Shown here piece by piece: positions 30,009-39,167 of a DNA stretch of 43,581 nt; the stretch's first letter is position 1, and every line of letters starts with the position of its first letter. The DNA comes from Pseudomonadota bacterium (GTDB lineage Bacteria > Pseudomonadota > Alphaproteobacteria > Paracaedibacterales > CAIOTO01). Below the pieces are notes generated by a model. The model worked only from the letters and a program-made list of their open reading frames with translations. It was not told the origin of the DNA and searched no databases. The position numbers and the translations under genes were made by a program. Where the stretch lies: positions 73,752-117,332 of the forward strand of contig JAZKDQ010000014.1 in the NCBI GenBank assembly GCA_040387495.1. Reading direction: 5' to 3'.

Positions 30009-30106
30009 GTCATTCCCGTGCAGGCGGGAATCTAGGCTGTATGAAATTTCATTGATCAAGCTTTCTTGTTAATATTTGTTCTGGATTCCTGCCTGCGCGG
30101 GAATGC
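30009..30106. repeat. REP/RPE-like palindromic element (GTCATTCCCG…GCGGGAATC type)
   Basis: GTCATTCCCGTGCAGGCGGGAATCTAG … CTGGATTCCTGCCTGCGCGGGAATG inverted arms. Confidence 0.85.
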
Positions 30107-30156
30107 GGGTGGATAAAGTGCACGCCTTCAATTAAAACAACGAAAGGCTTTCTACA

Positions 30157-30840
30157 GTGATTACACGAAAAATTTTATTACTATCTGTTGCAACAACGAT
30201 GCTTGCAACACCAGCATTTTCTGGTTTCTATTTGGGTGCGCAAGCAGGCGGCACATTGATGCGTGGTGATCTTAATTACACAGATCAGAACGTTCAACAA
30301 AATACGACAAGCCACACACGTGGCATGGGAATGGCATTTGGTGGGCATCTTGGCTATCTTTATCAGCTAACCGACAGTCACATGTTTGTTTTGGGCGAAG
30401 GCTATTTCATTAAAGAGTCAACGAAATCGAAGTCCGCTGACATGACGTTTCAAACGTCTACGACTAAAGGTGTATTCACTGTTCAACCAAAGAGCAATTA
30501 TGGCGCTTCGGTTGGATTTGGTGCATTTATGAATCCAAAATTTAATTTGTATGGAAAAATTGGGTTTGAAAGCAAAGGTCTGGACACGACTTACACACTG
30601 CCAAATCAAGCACTAGCTAATGGAGTTAAAAAATCAGCATGGTCGATTGCGCCTGGGGCTGGGTTTATGTATAAAGTAACAGATTCTATTGCACTAAATC
30701 CTGAATATACGTATGTTGTTGGTAAAAAGTACAAAGTGTTAGGGCAAATAACAAATGCTGATGGTACATATACAAAAGGAATAAGCTTTACGCCGACGGA
30801 GCATCGCTTGATGTTGAAGTTGAATTACATGTTTGGGTAA
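30157..30840 (+). CDS. Outer-membrane beta-barrel protein (OMP_b-brl/Omp25-like)
   Basis: Signal peptide, FSGFYLGAQAG, alternating amphipathic strands and a C-terminal LNYMF(G). Confidence 0.85.
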   Translation: MITRKILLLSVATTMLATPAFSGFYLGAQAGGTLMRGDLNYTDQNVQQNTTSHTRGMGMAFGGHLGYLYQLTDSHMFVLGEGYFIKESTKSKSADMTFQTSTTKGVFTVQPKSNYGASVGFGAFMNPKFNLYGKIGFESKGLDTTYTLPNQALANGVKKSAWSIAPGAGFMYKVTDSIALNPEYTYVVGKKYKVLGQITNADGTYTKGISFTPTEHRLMLKLNYMFG

Positions 30841-30901
30841 GTTTGATTGTTGACGAGTGCCACCTTTATATTCATTTCTGTCATTCCCGAGTTCCTGCTT
30901 T

Positions 30902-31021
30902 GTCATGCTCGGGCTTGACCCGAGTATCTCTACAGTTGAAGTCGCATATAGTTGGTTTATAATGTGATAAAGTATTTGCTTTTGCGGCTTTATAGATCCT
31001 CGTGTCAAGCACGAGGATGAC
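30902..31021. repeat. REP/RPE-like palindromic element (CTCGGGCTTGACCCGAG type)
   Basis: GTCATGCTCGGGCTTGACCCGAGTATC … GATCCTCGTGTCAAGCACGAGGATGAC; a GTCATTCCCG remnant precedes it at ~30880. Confidence 0.85.
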
Positions 31022-31072
31022 ACCTTTGGCTGTATGAGTACATAGAGCAAACTAAAAAAATAACGGACGATT

Positions 31073-31897
31073 ATGAACAAAAAATTTATTTTACTAAGTG
31101 GATTACTGGTTGCCGGAATCGCATTATTTTTTATGCGCCAAGCAGAGCATCCTGTGGATCCTAAAGGTGCTGCAGATAAAGCTCCATTAACTGAATTTCG
31201 CGTCGGTGTAACCGCAGGCCCGCATGCCATTATTATGGATTTTGTGAAAAAGGAAGCCGTGCGCCACGGGCTCAATGTGAAAGTCGTTGAGTTTAATGAC
31301 TTTATTTTGCCAAACGCTGCGCTTGATCATGGTGATATCATGGCGAATTCATATCAACATAAATTGTTTTTGGATGATCAAATCAAAAATCGTAATTACC
31401 ATTTAACTGTTGTGGCGCCGTCTGTTGTGATGCCACTTGGTGTGTATGCCTTTTCGCTGAAATCACTTGCTGATCTTAAGCAAGGTGCAACTGTATTGAT
31501 TCCAAATGACCCAACTAATGGTGGGCGGGCACTGTTGTTGTTGCAAAAATTAGGCTTACTTAAGCTAAAAGAAAATCCATTACCAAGCATGCTTGATATT
31601 GCAGAAAATCCAAAACAATTGGTGATTAAAGAGCTTGATGCGCCCACATTACCGCGGGCAATGGTTGACGCAGATATCGCTGTGATCAATACGGATTGGT
31701 TGTTTGTGGCGGGATTGGATCCGGCAAAGGCTCTGGCACGGGAAGAAAAAGATTCACCGTATGTGAATATAATTGTAGTGCGTAGCGGAACCGAGAATGA
31801 TGCAGATGTGAAAAAATTTGTGGCGATTTACCACAGTGAGCCGGTGCGCAAATTTATTGAAACTGAATTTAAAGGCGCTGTTATTCCTGCTTTTTGA
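31073..31897 (+). CDS. metQ: MetQ/NlpA-family ABC transporter substrate-binding protein
   Basis: VEFNDFILPNAAL, ANSYQH, IPNDPTNGGRALLLL and SPYVNIIVVR motifs. Confidence 0.9.
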   Translation: MNKKFILLSGLLVAGIALFFMRQAEHPVDPKGAADKAPLTEFRVGVTAGPHAIIMDFVKKEAVRHGLNVKVVEFNDFILPNAALDHGDIMANSYQHKLFLDDQIKNRNYHLTVVAPSVVMPLGVYAFSLKSLADLKQGATVLIPNDPTNGGRALLLLQKLGLLKLKENPLPSMLDIAENPKQLVIKELDAPTLPRAMVDADIAVINTDWLFVAGLDPAKALAREEKDSPYVNIIVVRSGTENDADVKKFVAIYHSEPVRKFIETEFKGAVIPAF

Positions 31898-31914
31898 GGA
31901 TATTTCCATTACTA

Positions 31915-32002
31915 CACCGTCATGGCGAGACTCACAGAAGCGTGGCCATCCAGAAAACAGCCTGGATCACCACGTCGTCTTTGACTCCTCGTGATGACGG
32001 TG
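31915..32002. repeat. REP/RPE-like palindromic element (CGTCATxGCGAG…GCGTGGCxATCCAG type)
   Basis: CACCGTCATGGCGAG…CGTGGCCATCCAG / CTGGATCACCACG…CTCGTGATGACGGTG. Confidence 0.82.
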
Positions 32003-32027
32003 ATTAAAATACATAAGGATGAAAAAC

Positions 32028-32861
32028 ATGAAAACAGTAACAATCGGTACCATCAACGTATCAAACACATTACCACTCGTACTTATCGCGGGTCCGTGCG
32101 TACTTGAAAGCCGTGACCATGCGATGATGATGGCAGAAAAACTAACGACGCTCTGTGCACAAAAGAATATTTCTCTTATCTACAAATCATCATTTGATAA
32201 AGCAAATCGCACCAGTTTAAATGGTGCACGCGGTCTTGGCCTTGATGCGAGTCTTGCTATTTTTGAAGAAATTAAGCGCACCTTTGGTTGCCCGATTGTG
32301 ACGGACGTTCATTCACCAGAGCATTGTGCAGCGATTGCGGGTTCGGTAGATGTATTGCAGATTCCAGCATTTTTATGCCGTCAGACAGATTTGCTAAAGG
32401 CTGCCGCTGAGACTGGTAAAGTCATCAACATTAAAAAAGGTCAATTCCTTGCGCCATGGGATATGAACAACGTTGTATCAAAGATGGAAGCGTTCGGAAA
32501 CACATCAATCATGTTGTGTGAGCGCGGTGCAAGTTTTGGTTATAACACATTGGTGTCTGATATGCGCGGCCTGGCCATTATGGCAAAAACGGGTTATCCC
32601 GTTGTGTTTGACGCGACGCATTCAGTGCAACAACCAGGCGGAGCAGGCGAATCAACCGCTGGTCAACGTGAATTTGCACCAATTTTAGCGCGATCTGCAG
32701 TTGCAACGGGCATTGCAGCCGTGTTTTTGGAAACGCACCAAGACCCTGACCGTGCACCAAGCGATGGTCCAAACATGATTCATTTATCGGATATGGCACA
32801 AGTCATTGATGAATTGATGGCGTTTGATAAAGTTGCTAAGGCAATGCCGCGGGGGATTTAA
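32028..32861 (+). CDS. kdsA: KDO8P synthase (3-deoxy-8-phosphooctulonate synthase)
   Basis: IAGPCVLES, KSSFDKANRTS, LQIPAFLCRQTDL, KKGQFLAP, DATHSVQQPG and SDGPN motifs. Confidence 0.97.
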   Translation: MKTVTIGTINVSNTLPLVLIAGPCVLESRDHAMMMAEKLTTLCAQKNISLIYKSSFDKANRTSLNGARGLGLDASLAIFEEIKRTFGCPIVTDVHSPEHCAAIAGSVDVLQIPAFLCRQTDLLKAAAETGKVINIKKGQFLAPWDMNNVVSKMEAFGNTSIMLCERGASFGYNTLVSDMRGLAIMAKTGYPVVFDATHSVQQPGGAGESTAGQREFAPILARSAVATGIAAVFLETHQDPDRAPSDGPNMIHLSDMAQVIDELMAFDKVAKAMPRGI

Positions 32862-32914
32862 GGGACCGGAATTTCCTCTTCTCTCTTGCTCTCATATTTC
32901 TTTCATTTCCAATT

Positions 32915-32941
32915 CCCCTTGAGTCTAACTCAAGGGGTTTT
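32915..32941 (+). terminator. Rho-independent terminator of kdsA
   Basis: CCCCTTGAGT-CTA-ACTCAAGGGG followed by TTTT. Confidence 0.85.
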
Positions 32942-33338
32942 CCATATTAAGGCCCGTCAACGATGAATACACGAAAAAATAAAAGCGGGATGTGTTATTA
33001 AATCAAATTTTAATTTCTATACATAACAATAAACACAACAAAAAACTATATCTCATCTCAATTGTAGGCATCTTTGTGAGAGCCCGAAGATGGCACCGTG
33101 GAGTCTTGGAAATGATATCGTGGGAATATTCTCCTGTCATTTTGTTTAAGTACCATTAAATTGACCTTCCATCATTTATGATCATCTGAATAAATTATTG
33201 CGTATTTTAAATATCAATAAAATGCATTTAAAGTTAAATTATAACTATAAAATTAGCAAATAAAGCAATAATTCAATCCCTGCTTGTTCAAAGAAAGTGA
33301 TATCCATGATATGTAAAATATGAAGAAGGTATAGTGAA

Positions 33339-34793
33339 ATGAAAATAGAAATAGAAATTAAATTCTATCTAAAATTATTGTTATTGGCATTTTTTGCAAT
33401 AACAAATAGTTCTGCAGTTGATATGATCAAGGAAAATGACAACACACGATGTGGTTTTTTTAATGAATCACCAAATGATGAGTCGCGATATTTACAGAAC
33501 ACAGCAGAAATAAACCAGACACTTGGTGATGAAAAGAAAGTTAATCCAAAGAAGTCAGCGTCTGTGGCGGAAAAAGAAATAATTCTGAAAGCTGTTATGG
33601 CAACGGTTATTATTCATGGAGATTTGCATAAGCTAGTTACTCCTACGCTGGGTGAGACCCATGCTCTTTATTATCATTATGAAATTTTACGCCTTACTGA
33701 GGAGCTTTCCCACAAACTTGTGAGTCAGTACAAAGACGAGAAAAAGATCGATATAGCATGCTTTAGTGGATATGAAAATCTGTATGCGTATAGTGGCTTA
33801 GAGCAACAAATGCTTGCTTTGTGGTTTACTGACGCAATGTTCGCTCATAAGGCAGGGATTGATAAGCTTATGGCAGAAAAAGTTGAAAAAGAGTTTTATC
33901 AAAGTGATATTAGAGGAAGAACTACTGCACAAAACTCAGGAAGAACAAGCACTGAAAGTGTTGATTCAGAAGATATACCAAGAGAAATAGAAGAAGCATT
34001 AGATGAAGAAGACAAAGTTGATTTGATTATACCTATTGACGCTTCAGCTAGGACAAATTTTACGGCGACTTCGGCAAAACCAATCGTACATTCTCCTCGG
34101 CCAACTACCAACACATCAAATTCAAGTGTTTTTACCAACAATGCACCTAATGAGATTAGTGAGAATGGAGAATCAAGTAAAATAGTTGCTTCTTTTATCG
34201 CCCCAGATGGTGCGTCCACTAATGACATTTTAAGGGGAAAACATAATAGAAAAAGTTATGTATTTACTATTCAAAATTTTTCTTACGGTGGAAAGAGCCT
34301 CCGTGAGGCATTAGAAATGTCAGACGAAATGCTTGTTAAGTTAAGGAAAGATCTTGCTGATTTCGCGGAATTTTATCCCAAAGTAGAAAAATTAAAAGAC
34401 TCCCGAATTGAATCTAATAAACGTATGGGGAGGAATAATTTGGTTGCAAAATTAGAAAAAGATCAGCGCATAGCAGATAAAAAAATACAAAAGTTAAACG
34501 ATATACGCGATAAAAATAATGATGAACTCAGTAATGACATAGAGCTTGCATCATACGCCTTGAATAAAAACGTAATATGCATTTGGAATAATAATGAAGG
34601 CAATCTTTCCTTAGTTTTTGCCTACAATAATGGTGAAAATTTTATAGAAAATACGGATACAGATGTTGATTTAACCTCACAGAACACGATTCACTTATTA
34701 TATAACGAAGAGGAAGGTTGTTATCACCCTCTTAAGAGAGAAGAAAATACGCCGATAACAAAACTGTGTAATTTTTTCAGGCTTTATAATTAA
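33339..34793 (+). CDS. Secreted hypothetical protein; member 3 of the shared-N-domain family, with an OTU-like C-terminus
   Basis: Signal peptide (…NSSA), shared N-domain, S/T/E-rich linker, then IAPDGAS…LRKDLA…DIELASYALNKNV…IHLLY…CYHPL. Confidence 0.8.
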   Translation: MKIEIEIKFYLKLLLLAFFAITNSSAVDMIKENDNTRCGFFNESPNDESRYLQNTAEINQTLGDEKKVNPKKSASVAEKEIILKAVMATVIIHGDLHKLVTPTLGETHALYYHYEILRLTEELSHKLVSQYKDEKKIDIACFSGYENLYAYSGLEQQMLALWFTDAMFAHKAGIDKLMAEKVEKEFYQSDIRGRTTAQNSGRTSTESVDSEDIPREIEEALDEEDKVDLIIPIDASARTNFTATSAKPIVHSPRPTTNTSNSSVFTNNAPNEISENGESSKIVASFIAPDGASTNDILRGKHNRKSYVFTIQNFSYGGKSLREALEMSDEMLVKLRKDLADFAEFYPKVEKLKDSRIESNKRMGRNNLVAKLEKDQRIADKKIQKLNDIRDKNNDELSNDIELASYALNKNVICIWNNNEGNLSLVFAYNNGENFIENTDTDVDLTSQNTIHLLYNEEEGCYHPLKREENTPITKLCNFFRLYN

Positions 34794-34870
34794 TAATGTC
34801 TTTGTTGAATTTCCAGGAATTTTGTTTTTATGATACACTGAAAAACTAAGATATTTGGCATTAAACCTCA

Positions 34871-35224
34871 ATGAACACCACATTTGTACGCGGCGTGCGC
34901 GCTGAAGAATCTGCTCGTTTGTACCTTGAACGCAAGGGCTACACGTTGATTGCGGCGCGCTACAAAACCCCGCATGGTGAAATTGATTTACTTATGCGTG
35001 ATGGCCAGGCAATCGTTGCTGTTGAGGTCAAATACCGGAAATACGAATCTGATTCCTTTGAATGCTTAACACCACGTCAGCAAAAACGCATTGAAAATGC
35101 GCTGCTCCATTATCTTAGCGAACAGAACATAACCGAATCGGGTGCAAATTCTTCTTTGCTTCGCTTTGATGTTGTTTTATTATCAGCTAGAGCACACCTA
35201 ACGCATATTGAAAATGCATGGTAG
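34871..35224 (+). CDS. yraN: YraN (UPF0102) family endonuclease-like protein
   Basis: GVRAEESA…YLERKGY, GEIDL, VEVKYR, RFDVV and HIENAW motifs. Confidence 0.93.
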   Translation: MNTTFVRGVRAEESARLYLERKGYTLIAARYKTPHGEIDLLMRDGQAIVAVEVKYRKYESDSFECLTPRQQKRIENALLHYLSEQNITESGANSSLLRFDVVLLSARAHLTHIENAW

Positions 35225-35356
35225 TTGACAATTTTCTGTTTCCCTCATACGTGATCTGAGGGTCCATGTCCAAGCATAGTAATGCTTAAAGCTGGATTCT
35301 TTCGTCAAGCCAGAGGAAGACTGAATAAATTTGTAGAAATGCATGGCAGGAAAATA

Positions 35357-35953
35357 ATGAATAATAATGTTAAAATAATACTATCTCTTTCAACCTCTCT
35401 ATTTTTAGTAACCGGTTGTTTAGCCCCATTGGTTATTGGTGGCGGCGCTGCTGTTGGTACACTTGGGGTACGCGAAAAAGGCATAACGGGCTCGATGAGT
35501 GACAGCCAAATTTCCATGGTTATCAAAGCAAAGCTTTATAGTTTTGACCCTGATTTGCATGCACGCGTTGGTGTTAATGTCGAAGGCAGTGAAGTCTTGT
35601 TGACCGGTTCAGTTCAAAAGCAAGAATGGCCCATAGAGGCTGAGCGTATCGCATGGGAAGCCAGCGGCGTTAAGAAAGTTCTAAATAATATTACAGTCGT
35701 CGACAATGACGAAATTGGCGTTGGCATTTATGCGCAAGATTCATGGATTACCACTCAATTAAAATCAAAATTATTATTTGGTGATGATATTAGATCCCTC
35801 AATTACAGTGTTAAAACGGTCGGTGGTGTTGCATATATAATGGGTATTGCGCAAGATCAGGCTGAGCTTGACCGTGTACTTGACATTGCCAGCAAAACAT
35901 CAGGTATAACTAAAGTCGTAAATTATACAAGGGTACGCGGCGAGGCAGAGTAG
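35357..35953 (+). CDS. Dual BON-domain lipoprotein (DolP/YraP-like)
   Basis: Lipobox LVTGC; two BON domains (VLLTGSV…GVKKVLN; DSWITTQLKSKL…YIMG). Confidence 0.88.
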   Translation: MNNNVKIILSLSTSLFLVTGCLAPLVIGGGAAVGTLGVREKGITGSMSDSQISMVIKAKLYSFDPDLHARVGVNVEGSEVLLTGSVQKQEWPIEAERIAWEASGVKKVLNNITVVDNDEIGVGIYAQDSWITTQLKSKLLFGDDIRSLNYSVKTVGGVAYIMGIAQDQAELDRVLDIASKTSGITKVVNYTRVRGEAE

Positions 35954-36017
35954 GTCTTTGCTACACCCGGGAAATACGCCATCAGAAATAAATCGCGGAA
36001 TAATCATTAGATTGTTT

Positions 36018-36106
36018 CGCTCTTTCAACATTGAAACAGCTGAAGAGAGATTCTTAAGGCATTGAGCCATCACACTCTAGTGGTGCGTTTCAATGTTGAA
36101 ATGGCG
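36018..36106. repeat. 20-bp inverted repeat pair whose arms are themselves palindromic
   Basis: CGCTCTTTCAACATTGAAAC (36018-36037) and GTTTCAATGTTGAAATGGCG (36087-36106) are 18/20 complementary. Confidence 0.8.
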
Positions 36107-36174
36107 TTTATAAAAACTCATCAGATTAAATATTTATTAAGTTCTTAAGTATACTATGTATAATAGATGTATTT

Positions 36175-37014
36175 ATGAGTAATTTAAAGATGAGAAAACT
36201 AATTTTATTGATGACAGTCGCAGCAACCGGTGCGCAAGCATATGCGGATGGAGATATTCAGTATAGAAATTATGCTGAACAAGACACCTATAATAAAGAA
36301 GAACAATATAGTGGTTATGATAAACGTGCAAAGCAACAACGCTCTGCTGTGGAACAACAACGTTTAATGTTTGCTGAGTTAAAAGAGAAAGCACAAGAAA
36401 AAGCACGTGCACGTGAACTGCTTGCACAACGACAAGAAGAAGAGGAGCAGCAAGAAGAGATGCGAGCTGAACGGCAACGCACGGCCCCTCAATTGAGACA
36501 GAATATTAGAACGAGAGCTGTACATGAGGAAGAGCAAGATCCAAGATATGTAGCTTCTGCAAGACGTGCGCAGTCTCCAGAATTTGAAAGAGAGCGTGCC
36601 ATTCAAGAGGAAGAAGAACTACGCGCTGAAGAAAAAATGCATGCAGAGCAGGCTTACGTACAAAGACGAAGGACTTTAGCAGATAGAGAAGAACAAGGTG
36701 CAGAAGAACTACAATTACGTCAAGAGCAGCGAATGCTGGAATATGAGAAAGAAAATCAACGACCTAGGTATAGTCAAAAACGATACAGAGAAGATGTCGA
36801 AGATAATTCGCGCATAAATAAAAAAAGAAAACTATATGCAGAGGATGAAGAGCTCATAGAAGAAAAAGGGCTAGCACAACAGACAGCACAAGAAAAAGAA
36901 AGTGCTGTTGATAAGGTAAAAAAATACGCGACAAAAGAAAATATGGAAACTGCTAAAGATGCTGTGGCGGGCATTGGAAGCACACTAAGTCAATTAAAAG
37001 GCTTGTTTGGTTAA
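36175..37014 (+). CDS. Secreted E/Q/R-rich coiled-coil protein (start may be 36190)
   Basis: MRKLILLMTVAATGAQAYA signal; charged helical body; amphipathic C-terminus …LSQLKGLFG. Confidence 0.8.
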   Translation: MSNLKMRKLILLMTVAATGAQAYADGDIQYRNYAEQDTYNKEEQYSGYDKRAKQQRSAVEQQRLMFAELKEKAQEKARARELLAQRQEEEEQQEEMRAERQRTAPQLRQNIRTRAVHEEEQDPRYVASARRAQSPEFERERAIQEEEELRAEEKMHAEQAYVQRRRTLADREEQGAEELQLRQEQRMLEYEKENQRPRYSQKRYREDVEDNSRINKKRKLYAEDEELIEEKGLAQQTAQEKESAVDKVKKYATKENMETAKDAVAGIGSTLSQLKGLFG

Positions 37015-37067
37015 TGATAGTTATTTGCTTATAAATTTAGAATACTCAGTGCTCACGTTTTTCTATC

Positions 37068-37102
37068 TGTGTATTGCTCGGATCACTTCCGGGCAATACA
37101 TA
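37068..37102. terminator. Long hairpin between convergent genes
   Basis: TGTGTATTGCTCGGA-TCACT-TCCGGGCAATACATA. Confidence 0.65.
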
Positions 37103-37162
37103 AATTAGACGTATTATAGAATCAAATTAAACGCGAAGTGCTATATCTTTGCTACACATGTG

Positions 37163-38998
37163 CTACTTCGTACGACACATATCGATACTGGATTCCCACT
37201 GACACATGCTTTCATTGCTAATACCGCTGCACAACGATTTGAGGGTTACAGCCTCGCATTTAAATTGGCAACCGGTAGCTTCTTTCCACTCACAATGCTT
37301 TGAGCGACGCTCGCAGTCTTCTTGTGGTTTTCCACGACAATCCCGTATTGCGCTTGAAAGCATTGATGCGTTTTTTAAATCATATGATGCCGTAGGACCA
37401 TCTTTTTCAGCAGCCTTAGCAGCAGAAAGCATGGTTTGAGCCGCCACCTTTGCTTTACGTGCAGCATCGGTCGCTTCTAAAATTGGTTTGAATATTGATT
37501 TTGCGAACATTGCAGCTTGCGCAGAATTCTTAATTGATGCGGAAGAGTCACGTGCTGTTGTGCTTGCCTTAACCATAGATTTGTATGTTTTTTCTAAATT
37601 GTCGAGGCGGATTTTTGAAAATTCTTTTTCATCTTTGCTTGCCGATGCATTTGATTGAACAATGATGTTTGCTTCGGTCGTAATTCGTATGGCATTTTCA
37701 AGTGCTAGCAAAACTCTTTGTTCTTTATTGTTAATGTTGGGCTGTAAAGAATCAGCAGAGATTGCTAGATTAGCAGCCTCAATCACCGCTTTTGCAGTCA
37801 CGTTGGCGGCCTGCGTTGCCGCTGAATCTGCTTCTGAAGCTAACTTTTCTGTAAATATTTTATAATCTGTTAATTCTTCCGCCACATTGTTCATATGCTT
37901 TTGCACTTGTTGATCAATATTTTGTGTGGAATCAAGTTGAGCTGGCGCAGTTAATCCCATGGGTGACAAATACTGGTTATACGGTGTTTGCTGCCCTGAC
38001 ATCATCATATTATTTTGTAATTGTGGTGTAATATAGCCTTGTGGTTGCATCATCGATGTCATTGCTAACGCGTTAGTGGTCATAGTTGACGAAGATGTGG
38101 ATGATCCCGTAGACGCTGTAGATGATGGACGAGTGCCACTAGAACTTTGTGTCGATATGGTTGAAGGCATGGATGGCGAAAAGAGCCAAGGTTGTTGATT
38201 GTTATAGCCTTGCTGTTGTGGCTGCGGTGACCAAGAAGGTTGCACATTATTGTAATTATTTTGAGCTGACCATGGTTGAGCATAGCCTTGTTGTTGCGGT
38301 TGAGCTGACCAAGATTGCGCGTTATTGTAATTTTGAGCTGACCAAGGTTGTTGATTATTATAGTCTTGATGTTGTGGTTGCGATGACCAAGGTTGTGCAT
38401 TGTTATAATTTTGTGATTGGCCTGATTGTGGCTGTGACGACCAAGTCTGTGCGTTATTATAATTCTGTGATTGGCCTGATTGTGAATTATTATTATGTGC
38501 ATATCCTTGTTGAGATTGCACATTTGATGAAGACGACCAAGGTTGTTGGTTGTTATTATTGTTTTGCTGCTGATTTTGTGAGCCATTTACTGCGGGCGTT
38601 CCAGCTGTAACGATCGTTGTTGCACCTACTGTCATTGGCGTTGTTGTTGATTTAACAGGTGTTGTGATTGTAGGCGCCGGTGCTGGCACGGTAACTGGCA
38701 CAGTGACCGGCACTGTAACGGGCACGGTAACTGGCACTGTAACCGGTACTGTCACTGGCGCAGGTGCTGCTACTATTGGCGCTGCAGGTGGCGGTGACTT
38801 GGCTTGTAAAAATGAACCTAATAATGATGAGGCTTGATCAGACGCATAAACATATGAATTTGTTGATAAGTAAAACAATGTACAAATAAGAATAAGTGAA
38901 ATTATTTTTGATTTTTTATTATTATTTTCGCTGTGCCAAGAAAGTTGATGCATTTTGTTTACATTGTTCTTTGTCACACATATGCTTTTAATTTTCAT
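37163..38998 (-). CDS. Secreted/surface low-complexity repeat protein with a C-terminal Cys-rich domain
   Basis: Signal-like segment (…YVYA), (PVTV)x7, Q/N-rich QPWS repeats, Ala-rich coiled coil and an 8-Cys tail. Confidence 0.82.
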   Translation of the reverse strand: MKIKSICVTKNNVNKMHQLSWHSENNNKKSKIISLILICTLFYLSTNSYVYASDQASSLLGSFLQAKSPPPAAPIVAAPAPVTVPVTVPVTVPVTVPVTVPVTVPAPAPTITTPVKSTTTPMTVGATTIVTAGTPAVNGSQNQQQNNNNNQQPWSSSSNVQSQQGYAHNNNSQSGQSQNYNNAQTWSSQPQSGQSQNYNNAQPWSSQPQHQDYNNQQPWSAQNYNNAQSWSAQPQQQGYAQPWSAQNNYNNVQPSWSPQPQQQGYNNQQPWLFSPSMPSTISTQSSSGTRPSSTASTGSSTSSSTMTTNALAMTSMMQPQGYITPQLQNNMMMSGQQTPYNQYLSPMGLTAPAQLDSTQNIDQQVQKHMNNVAEELTDYKIFTEKLASEADSAATQAANVTAKAVIEAANLAISADSLQPNINNKEQRVLLALENAIRITTEANIIVQSNASASKDEKEFSKIRLDNLEKTYKSMVKASTTARDSSASIKNSAQAAMFAKSIFKPILEATDAARKAKVAAQTMLSAAKAAEKDGPTASYDLKNASMLSSAIRDCRGKPQEDCERRSKHCEWKEATGCQFKCEAVTLKSLCSGISNESMCQWESSIDMCRTK

Positions 38999-39050
38999 TT
39001 AATTTCACACAATTTACACGATCTACACCTTTAATTTATCAAGAAAGTTG

Positions 39051-39065
39051 TTAACAGATGGTTAA
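39051..39065 (-). promoter_or_regulatory. CtrA box upstream of the 611-aa gene
   Basis: TTAA-N7-TTAA; the minus strand reads TTAACCATCTGTTAAC. Confidence 0.6.
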
Positions 39066-39107
39066 TAGGCTAAATTTTCGCTCGCTGTCTTTGTCATATC
39101 GGCTTAA

Positions 39108-39167
39108 GCAAATCAAAGCTAGCCTGTCAGACGTGCGGTTTGGCATTTTTAAACGCTTCGTTTGTTA
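39108..39167 (-). repeat. Decayed copy of the valS 3' region (39436-39495)
   Basis: 54/60 identical by manual alignment, with weaker similarity for ~15 more bp. Confidence 0.88.

Noticed and set aside
30739..31275. 178-aa minus-strand ORF
   Set aside because: Shadow frame across omp, a REP element and metQ.
36018..36106. CRISPR array (ATTGAAAC / GTTTCAAT repeat ends)
   Set aside because: Only two copies, in inverted orientation, with no spacer series or cas genes.
38080..38610. Alternative-frame ORFs (168 aa and 153 aa)
   Set aside because: By-products of the low-complexity repeats in the 611-aa gene.
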